A stretch of 64,000 nt of DNA, taken from contig CAVXTH010000006.1 in assembly GCA_963764625.1 (NCBI GenBank), positions 288,001-352,000 of the forward strand, written 5' to 3'. The DNA is from Candidatus Krumholzibacteriota bacterium (GTDB taxonomy: Bacteria > Krumholzibacteriota > Krumholzibacteriia > JAJRXK01). Below are positions 27,931 through 37,585 of the stretch, piece after piece. Position 1 is the first letter of the stretch. Every line of letters starts with the position of its first letter. The notes under the pieces are model-generated. The model was given only the letters and a program-made list of their open reading frames with translations, did no database searches and was not told the DNA's origin. A program made the position numbers and the translations under genes.

Positions 27931-29306
27931 TGCCAATGGGCCTGCCTTCGCACATCTTCCGCGAGTACGACATTCGGGGGGAGGTCGAACGCGATCTCAC
28001 CCCTGAGTTCGTGCAATGCCTGGGACGTGGGTTGGGTACGGCGTTTCGGCGTGCGGGAGCCACTCGCGTGGGTGTCGCCCGCGACGTGCGTCCCAGCGGA
28101 GAGTCGCTCTTCGAGTGGCTTGCGTTGGGTCTGCGAGAGGCCGGATGCGACGCGGTCGACTTCGGCGCCGCTCCCACCGGTGTCTTCTACCATGCCATCG
28201 CGACGGGAGATGAGCAGGCCGGGGTTTGCATCACCGGGAGTCACAACCCGCCCGAGTTCAACGGTTTCAAGATCGTGCTTGATGGTCGCAGCTTCTATGG
28301 CGAACAGATTCGCCAGCTGCTCGCCCTGATGGAGAAGGAAGATTTCGAAACCGGCGAGGGGAGTTTGGACAGCCGGGAAATCATCGAGCCCTATCTTCAG
28401 GACGCGGTTTCGCGGGTGAAGATCGAGCGACCCATTCGCTTCGCGTACGACTGCGGTAACGGCGCTGCCTCGCTGGTGGCTCCCGCCCTCTTCAAGCGTT
28501 TGAATCTCTCGCCCATCGGTCTTTTCGACCAGCCGGACGGCACCTTTCCCAACCATCACCCCGATCCCACGATGCCGGAGAACCTGGTCGATCTTCGGAA
28601 ATGTATTCTTGCCGAGGGACTCGAGCTGGGGATCGCCTACGACGGCGATGCCGATCGCATCGGGGTACTCGATGAAAAGGGCGAGGTGCTCTGGGGCGAT
28701 CGCCTGCTCATGCTCTACGGAAGGGACCTCTTGCAGCGTCATCCCGGTTCGGGAATCATTTTCGACGTGAAGTGCAGCCAGACGCTCATCGACGAGATTA
28801 CCGCGCGCGGGGGCAAGCCGATCCTCTGGAAGACGGGTCACTCTCTCATCAAGGAGAAGATGAGGGAGAGCGGGGCGCAGTTGGCGGGGGAGATGAGCGG
28901 ACACGTATTCTTCGCCGAGAATTGGTACGGATTCGACGACGCGTTGTTCGCGACTCTTCGACTGCTCGAGATCGTGAGCCGCAGTGAGGCTTCGCTGAGC
29001 AGCCACTTGGCCGATGTCCCGACTTTGATCGCTACCCCCGAAATCCGGGTCGACTGTCCGGACGAAGTGAAATTCGCGGTGGTGGACAAGGTGAAGAAAC
29101 ATTTCTCCCGCGATTACGAGGTCAACGACATCGACGGTGCGCGCGTGACCTTTTCCGACGGCTGGGGGCTGGTCCGCGCCAGCAATACGCAGCCCGCTCT
29201 CGTCCTCAGGGCCGAGGCGAGCAATGAGGCGCTCACGCGGAAGTATTTGAAGCGTCTCGAAGACGCGATTGCCCGCGCGCAAGACGAGCTGGTGCGCGAG
29301 AAATGA
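27930..29306 (+). CDS. manB: Phosphomannomutase/phosphoglucomutase (AlgC-type)
   Basis: IFREYDIRG, ITGSHNP, FPNHHPDP, DGDADR, GEMSGH, RASNTQP. Confidence 0.93.
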   Translation: MPMGLPSHIFREYDIRGEVERDLTPEFVQCLGRGLGTAFRRAGATRVGVARDVRPSGESLFEWLALGLREAGCDAVDFGAAPTGVFYHAIATGDEQAGVCITGSHNPPEFNGFKIVLDGRSFYGEQIRQLLALMEKEDFETGEGSLDSREIIEPYLQDAVSRVKIERPIRFAYDCGNGAASLVAPALFKRLNLSPIGLFDQPDGTFPNHHPDPTMPENLVDLRKCILAEGLELGIAYDGDADRIGVLDEKGEVLWGDRLLMLYGRDLLQRHPGSGIIFDVKCSQTLIDEITARGGKPILWKTGHSLIKEKMRESGAQLAGEMSGHVFFAENWYGFDDALFATLRLLEIVSRSEASLSSHLADVPTLIATPEIRVDCPDEVKFAVVDKVKKHFSRDYEVNDIDGARVTFSDGWGLVRASNTQPALVLRAEASNEALTRKYLKRLEDAIARAQDELVREK

Positions 29307-30391
29307 GTGCTTCCTTCGAAGGACACGCGGTCGTTCTCGCAGGTGGCCGTGGCACCCGCTTCTGGCCGCTCTCGCGGCGAAGCAAACCGAAGCAGCTTCT
29401 CGATCTGACCGGAAGCGGGAGCCTGTTGGCTCTCACCCTGGATCGTCTCGAGCCCCTTGTGCCAGCCGAGCGCCAGTGGATTCTCACCAGCGAGGATCTA
29501 GCGGATGCGGTCAGCGAACAGGCGCCCAAGATTCCTGCCCAGCAGATCATCGCCGAGCCGGTGGGTCGCAACACCGCCTGCGCGGTGGCGCTCGCGGCAG
29601 CGCTGGTCAGGGAAAGGGCGGGCGATTCGCCCTTCGTGGTGTTGCCGAGCGATCATATCATCACCCCCGTCGCGGAGTTTCAGAGTGCCTTGAGCCGGGC
29701 CTTTAGGATCACCGCCCAGAACGACGTGTTGCTCACCTTCGGGGTCACTCCCACGCGACCCGAAACGGGGTACGGCTATATCGAGAAGGGAGAACCGCTA
29801 CCTTCGGCCGCCCCGGCCCTGCGCGTCGTCGCGTTCACCGAGAAGCCCGATTTGCCCACCGCCGAGGCCTATCTGGAGGGGGGGCGACATCTCTGGAATT
29901 CGGGGATCTTCGCCTGGCGCCCGTCGGTGGTACTGGAAGGTCTGGACCGAGAGCTTCCCGCGTTGAGCGAGGCAGCGCGACGATGCGCTGCGTCTGGCGC
30001 AGTGGGAACCTCCGGCTTTTCCGAGGCGTTGAAATCCACCTACGAGGCGGCTCCGTCGATCTCGATCGATTACGCTTTGATGGAGAAGGCGGAGAACGTA
30101 GTGGTCTTGCCCGCGAGTTTCGCCTGGAATGACGTGGGGCAGTGGGTGTCCATGCGCGAGCTATGGTCCCTCGATGCCCAGGGCAACTGCAGTCGAGGCG
30201 AGACGCTCGCGCTGCAAAGCGAGAATTGTGTAGTCTACGGCCCCGAACGTTTCACCGCGCTGTTGGGCGTGAAGGATATCATCGTGGTGCAGACGGAGGA
30301 CGCCACCTTGGTATGCGATGCCAAGCGATCACAAGACGTAAGACTCATCCTGGAAGCCCTCGAGCAAGAGGGCCGCAAGGATCTCCAGTAG
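29303..30391 (+). CDS. manC: Mannose-1-phosphate guanylyltransferase
   Basis: LAGGRGTRFWPLSR...PKQ, EPVGRNTA, PSDH, PETGYGYI, F.EKP, WNSG.F, SIDYA.MEK, WNDVG.W. Confidence 0.94.
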   Translation: MSASFEGHAVVLAGGRGTRFWPLSRRSKPKQLLDLTGSGSLLALTLDRLEPLVPAERQWILTSEDLADAVSEQAPKIPAQQIIAEPVGRNTACAVALAAALVRERAGDSPFVVLPSDHIITPVAEFQSALSRAFRITAQNDVLLTFGVTPTRPETGYGYIEKGEPLPSAAPALRVVAFTEKPDLPTAEAYLEGGRHLWNSGIFAWRPSVVLEGLDRELPALSEAARRCAASGAVGTSGFSEALKSTYEAAPSISIDYALMEKAENVVVLPASFAWNDVGQWVSMRELWSLDAQGNCSRGETLALQSENCVVYGPERFTALLGVKDIIVVQTEDATLVCDAKRSQDVRLILEALEQEGRKDLQ

Positions 30392-30426
30392 AGTAAGCAT
30401 TCATGTATGAGGCGGAGGTAGCCAGA

Positions 30427-31665
30427 ATGTCGCGAGGAATCCGTTGGTTCTTGGTTCTTGCGAGCGTGATTTCGCTCGCAGCCTGTCAGAAAGAAAAGGG
30501 CTCGGGTTCGGCCTCGGCCGAGAAGCCCGGGATCTCGACGAGCAAGGATTTCACGCAGGTCATTGCGAAAGTCGGTGATACCGAGATCACCCAAGGCGAT
30601 TTCGACCGGCGTTACAGCCAGCTCAGCGAGGGTGATCGCAAGGCATTCGAAGGCGATGATTGGCGGAAGCGCTTCCTCGATCAGATCATCGAGGAGACAG
30701 TGCTCTACAAGAAGGCTATCGACGAGCACTACGATCAGGATCCCAAGATCCAGGCGCAGCTGGATCTCCTGCGCCGCCAGGTGCTCATCAAGGCCTACAC
30801 GAATCAGATCTCGGCGAATTCCGTGCCCGACGACGAGACCATCCAGGCCTACTACGATGCGAACAAGGAGCAGTTCAGGACTCTCGACCGAGTCGTGGTC
30901 TCCCACATCAGCTGCAAAGACGAGCAGAAGATCGACAAGGCCTACGCGGAACTGACCACCGGGACCAACTGGGACATCGTTGCCGCCAAGTACAACGAGG
31001 ATCCGAATTCACTGTCGAATCACGGCTTGATTGGCTGGATCAATCCCACGGGGTTCGTCCTGGGAGTGGGACTCCAGCCGGAGTTCAACAAAATTGCTTT
31101 CTCGCTGGAGCGTCAGAAGTTCTCCAAACCAGTGCTGATCAACCGTCGCTGGGAGATCATTCGGGCGGGAAACAAGGTCAAGGGCGAAATTCCCTCCATC
31201 GATCAAGTAAAACCGCGCGTGATCGAGAAACTCCGTTCCGTCGTGCTACGAAAGAATTACAAGAAGACGGTCCGGGATCTCGAGCAAGAGTACTCGGTGG
31301 AACGATTCGGAAAGTACAAGACGGTTGCGGCGAACAGTGCCGAGGAACTCTATCGCCGTGCGGCGGAAGTTCACGATCCACAGACACGGATCGACTTCTA
31401 CAACCAGATCGCGAACAACTATCCCAACTCCGATCTCGCGGACAAAGCGCTGTTCACCGCTGGCTTCATCTACAGTGAGCAACTCAAGCGGGTCAATTTC
31501 GCGTTTGAGGAATTCCACCAGCTCCTCAGCAAGTATCCGAACAGCGAATACGCCGACGATGCCAAGTGGATGATCAAGAACCTGGGGAAAGCCAACCTGG
31601 AGAACAGCGAGAGCAGTTCTGCCGAGGAGATTCAGCAACAGATCAATTCTCGCCAGGGGAAGTAA
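30427..31665 (+). CDS. Lipoprotein with PrsA/SurA-like N-domain, PpiC rotamase and C-terminal TPR (BamD/CpoB-like) domain
   Basis: Lipobox ISLAAC; VIAKVGD..IT; IQAYYDANKEQF, VSHI, S..HG.IGW; YP.S.LADKALF, LL.KYP.S.YADDA. Confidence 0.75.
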   Translation: MSRGIRWFLVLASVISLAACQKEKGSGSASAEKPGISTSKDFTQVIAKVGDTEITQGDFDRRYSQLSEGDRKAFEGDDWRKRFLDQIIEETVLYKKAIDEHYDQDPKIQAQLDLLRRQVLIKAYTNQISANSVPDDETIQAYYDANKEQFRTLDRVVVSHISCKDEQKIDKAYAELTTGTNWDIVAAKYNEDPNSLSNHGLIGWINPTGFVLGVGLQPEFNKIAFSLERQKFSKPVLINRRWEIIRAGNKVKGEIPSIDQVKPRVIEKLRSVVLRKNYKKTVRDLEQEYSVERFGKYKTVAANSAEELYRRAAEVHDPQTRIDFYNQIANNYPNSDLADKALFTAGFIYSEQLKRVNFAFEEFHQLLSKYPNSEYADDAKWMIKNLGKANLENSESSSAEEIQQQINSRQGK

Positions 31666-31705
31666 ATCGCGGTTTTGTCGCGGGGTTGCGGGGAGCCGTG
31701 AGCGG

Positions 31706-31733
31706 TTGCTTTCACGGTGGAAGCGCCTATAGT
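31706..31733 (+). promoter_or_regulatory. Putative promoter for the DUF2914-DUF151-gamma-CA-lipoprotein genes
   Basis: TTGCTT, 16 bp, TATAGT; a CCGTGA/TCACGG inverted repeat flanks the -35. Confidence 0.5.
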
Positions 31734-31771
31734 GTGCTTTGAGGTCTTTCGGTTAGTCCTCGAACCCAGGC

Positions 31772-31805
31772 AAGGCCCATAGGAGGCCTATAGAAGGCCT
31801 AGTAG
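31772..31805 (+). repeat. Three tandem approximately 11-bp direct repeats
   Basis: AAGGCCCATAG / GAGGCCTATAG / AAGGCCTAGTAG immediately before the AAGGAG SD. Confidence 0.7.
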
Positions 31806-31812
31806 AAGGAGA

Positions 31813-32313
31813 GTGGAGATGAACCGCCGATTCCGTGTTTCAGGGCCCACGATGCTCGTCCCCTTTCTCGCTCTTCTCATCTTCTTGACACTTTCGCTCT
31901 CTCTCCCCGGACGCTCGTTCGCCAGTCTGAGGGAGGCCAGTGGCTTGAAGTCGAAATCCTCCGATGCGCCCGCGGACAGTCTGAATGAGCGCCAAGGTCC
32001 TCACGTCGCGGACGCGGTCGTGTGTCGTGGGGTGGAAGAGCGCGAGCCCATCGAGCCCGGGGATCGCTTTCCGGCCGACGTGGGCAGCCTGAGCTGCTTC
32101 TGCCGGATCGTCCATGGCAAGGGAACGAAGGTCGTGCACGCCTGGATCCACGAAGGACAGACACGCGCCCGCGTCGAGCTCGAGGTGGGGAGTGATTCCT
32201 GGAGAACCTGGAGCACCAAGCGTATCCTCCCTTCGTGGACCGGAGGCTGGGAGGTCAAGGTCATGACTCCCGACGGAATCGTGCTCGATTCGGTGTCGTT
32301 CACAATCTATTGA
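31813..32313 (+). CDS. DUF2914 domain exported protein
   Basis: Signal/TM segment, then A.VCRGVEEREP...F..., VVHAW, V.L.V....WRTWS.K.I.P.WTG.W.V.V...DG.VL....F. Confidence 0.82.
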   Translation: MEMNRRFRVSGPTMLVPFLALLIFLTLSLSLPGRSFASLREASGLKSKSSDAPADSLNERQGPHVADAVVCRGVEEREPIEPGDRFPADVGSLSCFCRIVHGKGTKVVHAWIHEGQTRARVELEVGSDSWRTWSTKRILPSWTGGWEVKVMTPDGIVLDSVSFTIY

Positions 32314-32329
32314 TAGCCGAGGGATCAGC

Positions 32330-32896
32330 GTGGATCCTACAGCCGCACTCATCGAAGTTCGCGTGAGCGCCTTGGTCCGCGATGCTAAGACGGACGCTCC
32401 AGTGGTCCTTCTCCAGGTGCTGGGGACGAAGCGGCATCTGCCCATCTGGATCGGTGACGCCGAAGCCAATGCGATTGCCATGGTGCTCGCGGGTCGCCGG
32501 TTCCAACGTCCCCTCACCCACGATCTCATGCAGCAAATCGTCGATGGTCTCGGGGGAAAACTGAGTCGAGTGGTGGTCACCGACATTCAGGGGAATACCT
32601 ACTTCGCTCGACTCTACCTGTCGCGAGGTCACGAGCTCGTCGCCATTGATGCCCGCCCCAGCGATTCCATCGCTCTCGCGCTTCGTTGTGAATCTCCCAT
32701 CTTTCTGTCCCGGAAAGTGGCGGAGGGGCAGGCGGACAACATGCTGGAAGCCGAGGAGAGCGTGGACAAGCAGCAGGTGGTGGAAAACCTCATCCGCGAT
32801 GTGCAGAACAAGATGGACCCGGATGATCCTGGACCCCCAGACGATTTCGACGAGGAGGGTGGCGAATGGCCATCATCAGACCCTACCGAGGAATGA
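32330..32896 (+). CDS. Bifunctional nuclease family protein (DUF151)
   Basis: PVVLL, LPIWIG..EA.AI, RPLTHDL, TYFARL, IDARPSDSIALALR. Confidence 0.93.
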   Translation: MDPTAALIEVRVSALVRDAKTDAPVVLLQVLGTKRHLPIWIGDAEANAIAMVLAGRRFQRPLTHDLMQQIVDGLGGKLSRVVVTDIQGNTYFARLYLSRGHELVAIDARPSDSIALALRCESPIFLSRKVAEGQADNMLEAEESVDKQQVVENLIRDVQNKMDPDDPGPPDDFDEEGGEWPSSDPTEE

Positions 32897-33387
32897 CTCC
32901 CCAAATCGGAAGGAACGTTTATCTCTCCGACGACGTGGTGATCATCGGAGAAGTGATCATCGAGGACGATGTGAACATCTGGTGGGGGAGCGTTCTTCGC
33001 GGAGATTGCGGGCTGATCAGAGTCGGCAGGGGGAGCAACATTCAAGATGGCTGCATGCTCCATTCCACCACGGACTACAGCACGACGGTTCTTCAAAACG
33101 ATGTTTCGGTGGGCCATCACGCCGTCATTCACGGCGCCCTGGTGGAAGAGGGTTGCCTCGTCGGCATGAAAAGTGTGTTGCTCGATCGAGCCCACATCGA
33201 GAAGTTTGCCATCGTGGCGGCGGGCGCGGTCGTTCCGGAGAAAATGAGAGTTCCCAGCAATCATCTGGTGGCGGGAGTTCCCGCCAGCATCAAGAAAGAA
33301 CTGCCGGCGGAGAACGAGGTTGCCCGGCGTGCCCACGCGCAGGAATACCGCGATCTCGCCGCCTGGTATCTGAAGAACCCGAGTTGA
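32866..33387 (+). CDS. Gamma carbonic anhydrase family (YrdA-like) protein
   Basis: Hexapeptide repeats, LRGD, NIQD...LH, VGHHAVIHG, GVPA. Confidence 0.92.
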   Translation: MAIIRPYRGMTPQIGRNVYLSDDVVIIGEVIIEDDVNIWWGSVLRGDCGLIRVGRGSNIQDGCMLHSTTDYSTTVLQNDVSVGHHAVIHGALVEEGCLVGMKSVLLDRAHIEKFAIVAAGAVVPEKMRVPSNHLVAGVPASIKKELPAENEVARRAHAQEYRDLAAWYLKNPS

Positions 33388-33418
33388 GATTCTCTATCCC
33401 GACAGCCCCTGTTTCGAG

Positions 33419-35281
33419 GTGGCGATCATGAACAAGGACCGTTTCTCGATCAGGGTGCTCGCGCTTCTGATCTCCCTACTTCTACCGGCCTGCGCGTCAT
33501 CGACCAGGGCTCCACGTTTGAGCAGTGGATTGAGTCAAGAGGAGCAGCAGGAGGCGTCCAAGGACTACCAGCGCCTCTTGGCGGCCAGCGCCTCGGGGCA
33601 GAATTCTGAAGCTCGCGATCTGGCATATTCCATCCTGGATCACTATTCGGGATTCGAGCACGAAGACCATGTGCTGCTGCTGGGAGCGCGAGCGGCGAAG
33701 GCGATGGGGGACGAACGGACCGCTCGTGTTCTGCTCGACGATCTGCTTCAGCACCACCCTAATTCCCCCTATGTCGCGGATACATGGTGGCTCACGGCGC
33801 AGATTCATGACGAGCGAGGACAGTGGCGCGACGCCGCGCTGGCGTACGTGCACTACCTCGATCAGGCCGGCGATCTTTCAGCACGGGACCGGGCCGAAGA
33901 TCGTCTGCACACGATTCTGCAGGAGAGACTCAGTTCGAATGAGCTCGGTCGTCTCAGAAAGGAAAGCCTCGACACGAGTTCGGGGGCGGAAGTTTCCTAC
34001 GTCTACCTGCAAAAGCAGCACGATGCCGGCGAGCGGCCCAATGAGATAGGCCCCCTCCTGGAGGACTTTCTGACTCGTTTCCCCCAGAGCTCGCACCGCG
34101 ACGCCGTGGCGCAGATGCTCGCGGAATACCGGAGCGCCGGCAGCTACCAGCCGTCGGGACGAGTCTCCGTGGCCTATGTCGATCGCATCGGCGTTCTCTG
34201 TCCCCTCACGGGAGAATACGCGGCCTTGGGGCAGGCCATGTACAATGGAGCTCTGCTCGCGCTCGAAGAGCACAATCGCGAATTCGGGGAGGACATGAAA
34301 CTCATCGCGCTCGATACCAGGGGCGACGGAGTTCAGGCCGTTCTGTCCGCCCGCTCCCTGATCGATGACGAGGGGGTACTGGCCATCGTGGGCGCGCTGC
34401 TTTCGTCCAGCACCATTGCTGCCGCCGTCGTCTGCCAGGATCGTCGCGTGCCTCTGGTCTCCCCGACCGCCACGCAGGAAAACATCTCCAGCATCGGGGA
34501 CGAGATCTTCCAGACCAACCTCACTCGTGGATTCGAGACGCGGGTTCTGGCCCGCGTCGCAGTCCGGCGATTGCTGCGGCGCCGCCTGGCAATTCTGTAT
34601 CCGGATACCGACGAGGGAAGGAACGCGGCCAACATCTTCTCGGCGGAATCCGAACGTCTCGGTGCGCGCATCGTGGCGAGCGAGCCGTATCAGAGTGGGC
34701 TCACCGATTTCAAGGCGCCGATCGAGCGCATTCGCGAGAAGGGACCGGAGGCGCTCTTCGTGCCCGCGGGTCCCAGCGAGATGCGCCTCATCGCACCGCA
34801 GCTCACATTCTATCAGCTCGAGGTCCAGCTTCTGGGCCTGAATACCTGGAACCGCCCCCGGCTCGCGGAAGGAGCAGGGGACGTCCTGGAGGGAGCCATC
34901 TTTCCCGGCGAGACCGCGCTCATGGCTCCGGGGGACCGAGAGCGATTCCAGGAGCTGTGGAAGAGGCGCTTCAACGACGACGAAGTCAATCCCTTCGCCC
35001 TCAAGACCTATTTCGCCACCCGGCGGCTGCTGAATGCCGTCCAGGGGGGCGCGCGCTCGCGCAGCGCCCTGAGTGAGGAGCTGATCCAGAACCTCATCTC
35101 CACCGATCGCTCGCGCAATCTGCTCTCCAACGAATCATCCCTGCGCATGCTGGAAAACGGGAAGGCGGTTCCCTTCCCCAGTGAAGTGTTCGGTGATCCG
35201 ATCGGGCCGATTCTCCCGGATTCCTCATCGCCCAACGAGCAGCTTCCCGCCTCAGGTGGTACACCGAAAGGAAGACGCTAG
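33419..35281 (+). CDS. TPR plus periplasmic-binding-fold lipoprotein (LpoA/LppC-like)
   Basis: Lipobox LLPAC; TPR-like HP.SPY and FL..FP.S; IGVLCPLTGEYAALG, DT.GD, AIVGAL.S, P.VSPTA, DF..I. Confidence 0.75.
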   Translation: MAIMNKDRFSIRVLALLISLLLPACASSTRAPRLSSGLSQEEQQEASKDYQRLLAASASGQNSEARDLAYSILDHYSGFEHEDHVLLLGARAAKAMGDERTARVLLDDLLQHHPNSPYVADTWWLTAQIHDERGQWRDAALAYVHYLDQAGDLSARDRAEDRLHTILQERLSSNELGRLRKESLDTSSGAEVSYVYLQKQHDAGERPNEIGPLLEDFLTRFPQSSHRDAVAQMLAEYRSAGSYQPSGRVSVAYVDRIGVLCPLTGEYAALGQAMYNGALLALEEHNREFGEDMKLIALDTRGDGVQAVLSARSLIDDEGVLAIVGALLSSSTIAAAVVCQDRRVPLVSPTATQENISSIGDEIFQTNLTRGFETRVLARVAVRRLLRRRLAILYPDTDEGRNAANIFSAESERLGARIVASEPYQSGLTDFKAPIERIREKGPEALFVPAGPSEMRLIAPQLTFYQLEVQLLGLNTWNRPRLAEGAGDVLEGAIFPGETALMAPGDRERFQELWKRRFNDDEVNPFALKTYFATRRLLNAVQGGARSRSALSEELIQNLISTDRSRNLLSNESSLRMLENGKAVPFPSEVFGDPIGPILPDSSSPNEQLPASGGTPKGRR

Positions 35282-36003
35282 GGTTTTTCCCCCGTGGTGG
35301 GGAGTGGAGCGGTGGGTGGTTTGAAGATCCACCGCACCTGGTCCCAAAATGGTTCGGCCGCTCCCTCTTCTCCGAGGTAGCGGTATTGCCACTGGCGAAC
35401 CGCGCGTAGGGCTTCCTCCTCGAATCGCTTGCCGCCTTCCCCACGCGTCACGTAGGCATCGCTAACTCTTCCATCGCTCTCGACGTAGATCGCGACGTCG
35501 ACCGTGACGGGGTGGGGTAGAACCACACCCCGTGGATAGCGTGGCCGGACCAGTTTGATGAGCACGAAATCGAGACTGCGTTGCGAGGGTCGAACCATGC
35601 GGACCTGCTGGCGGTCCTCGTTGCCCTGCCAGTTGCTCTCTTTGGGTTTCGTGTCGGATTCGATCGTGTAGTCGGGAACTCCCTGCGGCGGGGGCTCCGG
35701 TATGGCGTTCTCGGTGGTGGGGGTGGGCTCGCGCTTGTCCACCACCTCGACCTGCAGGCCTTTCGACGCGCGCGCGCGCATCTGTTTGGGATCCTGGTTC
35801 TTGGGGTCCTGGTCCTGAATGATCTCGATGTTGGGCAGGACGCGCAGCTCTCCTTCGACTCCGGTGTGGAAGAGCAACTGTTGGAGACGATCCTCGTCGG
35901 GACCCAAAATGGCGATCAATACCATGCCCACCAGGGCGGCGCCGGACGCCAGGAGAATTCTCCGGCGGTAGGAACCGTGGCGGAAGGCTGGTTCTGTTTC
36001 CAT
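35278..36003 (-). CDS. tonB: Energy transducer TonB family protein
   Basis: N-terminal TM, Pro-rich linker, P.YP, V..DG.V....V, FEEEALRAVRQW.Y. Confidence 0.8.
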   Translation of the reverse strand: METEPAFRHGSYRRRILLASGAALVGMVLIAILGPDEDRLQQLLFHTGVEGELRVLPNIEIIQDQDPKNQDPKQMRARASKGLQVEVVDKREPTPTTENAIPEPPPQGVPDYTIESDTKPKESNWQGNEDRQQVRMVRPSQRSLDFVLIKLVRPRYPRGVVLPHPVTVDVAIYVESDGRVSDAYVTRGEGGKRFEEEALRAVRQWQYRYLGEEGAAEPFWDQVRWIFKPPTAPLPTTGEKP

Positions 36004-36040
36004 AAAACGAGTCCAGACAAGGGATTGAGCGTTCAGCTTC

Positions 36041-36110
36041 AAGCTACCGGCAGGAAAGAACCGTGTCAACGCGGCCTCGTTTGACGCTGCCTTTTCGCCT
36101 GTGCTAGGGT
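36041..36110. promoter_or_regulatory. Back-to-back promoters for tonB (-) and selA (+)
   Basis: Minus strand: TTGACA (36069-36064), 17 bp, TAGCTT. Plus strand: TTGACG (36081-36086), 18 bp, TG-C-TAGGGT. Confidence 0.55.
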
Positions 36111-36151
36111 GGCGCCGCCCACGCTCTCCAATCAAGGATCGCTCCGCCGGT

Positions 36152-37585
36152 ATGAGCCATCCCGGGCGGGAATTACCGCCGCTTCATGAACTCCTGAAAC
36201 GACGCGCCGTACGTGCGCTTCGCCGCCGCCTGCGCGCCGATCTGCTCACGCGCCTGGCCCGAGATCTCATCAGCGAGGAACGTGCCTTTCTCTCCCGGGG
36301 TAAGTCGTTTTCGCGTCGATACGGATCGGACACGGTGACCCGGGCCAGGCTCACGAAATACCTCGAGGCAAGGTTGGTCGAGGAGGTCGAGAACTTGATG
36401 CGGCCCCAATTGCGCAGCGTGATCAACGCCAGCGGGGTTTTGCTCCACACCAATCTGGGACGGGCCCGACTCGGAATCGCGGCCAGAACGGAGCTTGCCC
36501 GCGTGGCGGAAGACCCGGTCGCGTTGGAGATCGATCTCGAATCGGGGAAGCGGGGCAGTCGTAACGCGGCGGTGGCTCGTTGGCTCCATCTCTTGACCGG
36601 CGCACAGTCGGGTCTCGCGGTGAACAACGGCGCCGGGGCGCTCTGGTTGATCGTGCATGTCCTCGCGCGCGGGCGACGAGCGATCATCTCGCGGGGGGAA
36701 CAGGTCGCGATCGGTGGGTCCTTTCGCATGCCCGAATTGCTACGGACCACCGGGGCCAAGATCGTGGAGGTGGGAACCACCAACAAGACGAATCTCTCCG
36801 ATTACCAAAAGGTGCTCCGCGAGGGAGACTTGATCGTGAAGGTCCACCCCAGCAATTACCGGGTGAGCGGATTCACCGAGGAGGCTTCGCTCGAGGACTT
36901 GGGTGCTCTGGCGGAGGAAAAAGACGCACGACTGGTCTTTGACGCGGGTAGTGGTTGCCTCTATAACTTTGCGAAGTTCGGCTTGAAAGGAGAGTTGACG
37001 GTGACTCAGGCCTTGAGTTCCGGAGCCCAACTCGTGAGCTTCAGCGGGGACAAGCTCCTCGGCGGACCGCAGGCCGGACTCATCGTCGGCGAGGCCTCGC
37101 TGATCACCAAACTGAACAGGCATCCCATGATGAGGGCGCTGAGACTCGACAAGTTGATTCTCTCGGCGCTAGAAGCCACTCTCAAGGAGTACGGACGTGG
37201 CAGCGGCCCTCCGGAGATTCCGCTCCTGGATGCTCTCAGGTTGAGCAAGTCCGAGCTCTCCCGGCGTGCGGCCAGACTCGAACTCGAACTAAAAGCCGGG
37301 TTGCCAGAAGGGTGGAGCTGCAGAGTGTCGAAGGGAGAAGCGGCCATCGGCGGGGGATCGTTCGCGGAACACCCGGTGGGGAGTGTGCAAGTCAAGATCG
37401 AAGGACCCAGAGCAAGGAGCGCGGAGCAGCTCCACGCTTCACTACGGCGCGGACAACCCGCGGTTTTGACCTCGATCGTTCAAGGAGTAATTCGGATCGA
37501 CCTTCGCACGCTGCGCGAAAACGATCTCTCGATCCTCGCCGACCGCATCATCCATCTGAGCCGGGAGGGGGAAGTACAGTCGTGA
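36152..37585 (+). CDS. selA: L-seryl-tRNA(Sec) selenium transferase
   Basis: VINASGVLLHTNLGRA, VNNGAGA, SRGE.V.IGGSFR.P, EVGTTNKT, KVHPSNY..GF, FSGDKLLGGPQAG (PLP lysine), HP..RALR.DK. Confidence 0.93.
   Translation: MSHPGRELPPLHELLKRRAVRALRRRLRADLLTRLARDLISEERAFLSRGKSFSRRYGSDTVTRARLTKYLEARLVEEVENLMRPQLRSVINASGVLLHTNLGRARLGIAARTELARVAEDPVALEIDLESGKRGSRNAAVARWLHLLTGAQSGLAVNNGAGALWLIVHVLARGRRAIISRGEQVAIGGSFRMPELLRTTGAKIVEVGTTNKTNLSDYQKVLREGDLIVKVHPSNYRVSGFTEEASLEDLGALAEEKDARLVFDAGSGCLYNFAKFGLKGELTVTQALSSGAQLVSFSGDKLLGGPQAGLIVGEASLITKLNRHPMMRALRLDKLILSALEATLKEYGRGSGPPEIPLLDALRLSKSELSRRAARLELELKAGLPEGWSCRVSKGEAAIGGGSFAEHPVGSVQVKIEGPRARSAEQLHASLRRGQPAVLTSIVQGVIRIDLRTLRENDLSILADRIIHLSREGEVQS

Noticed and set aside
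31772-31805. CRISPR array
   Set aside because: Units are about 11 bp with no spacers, and no cas genes are present.
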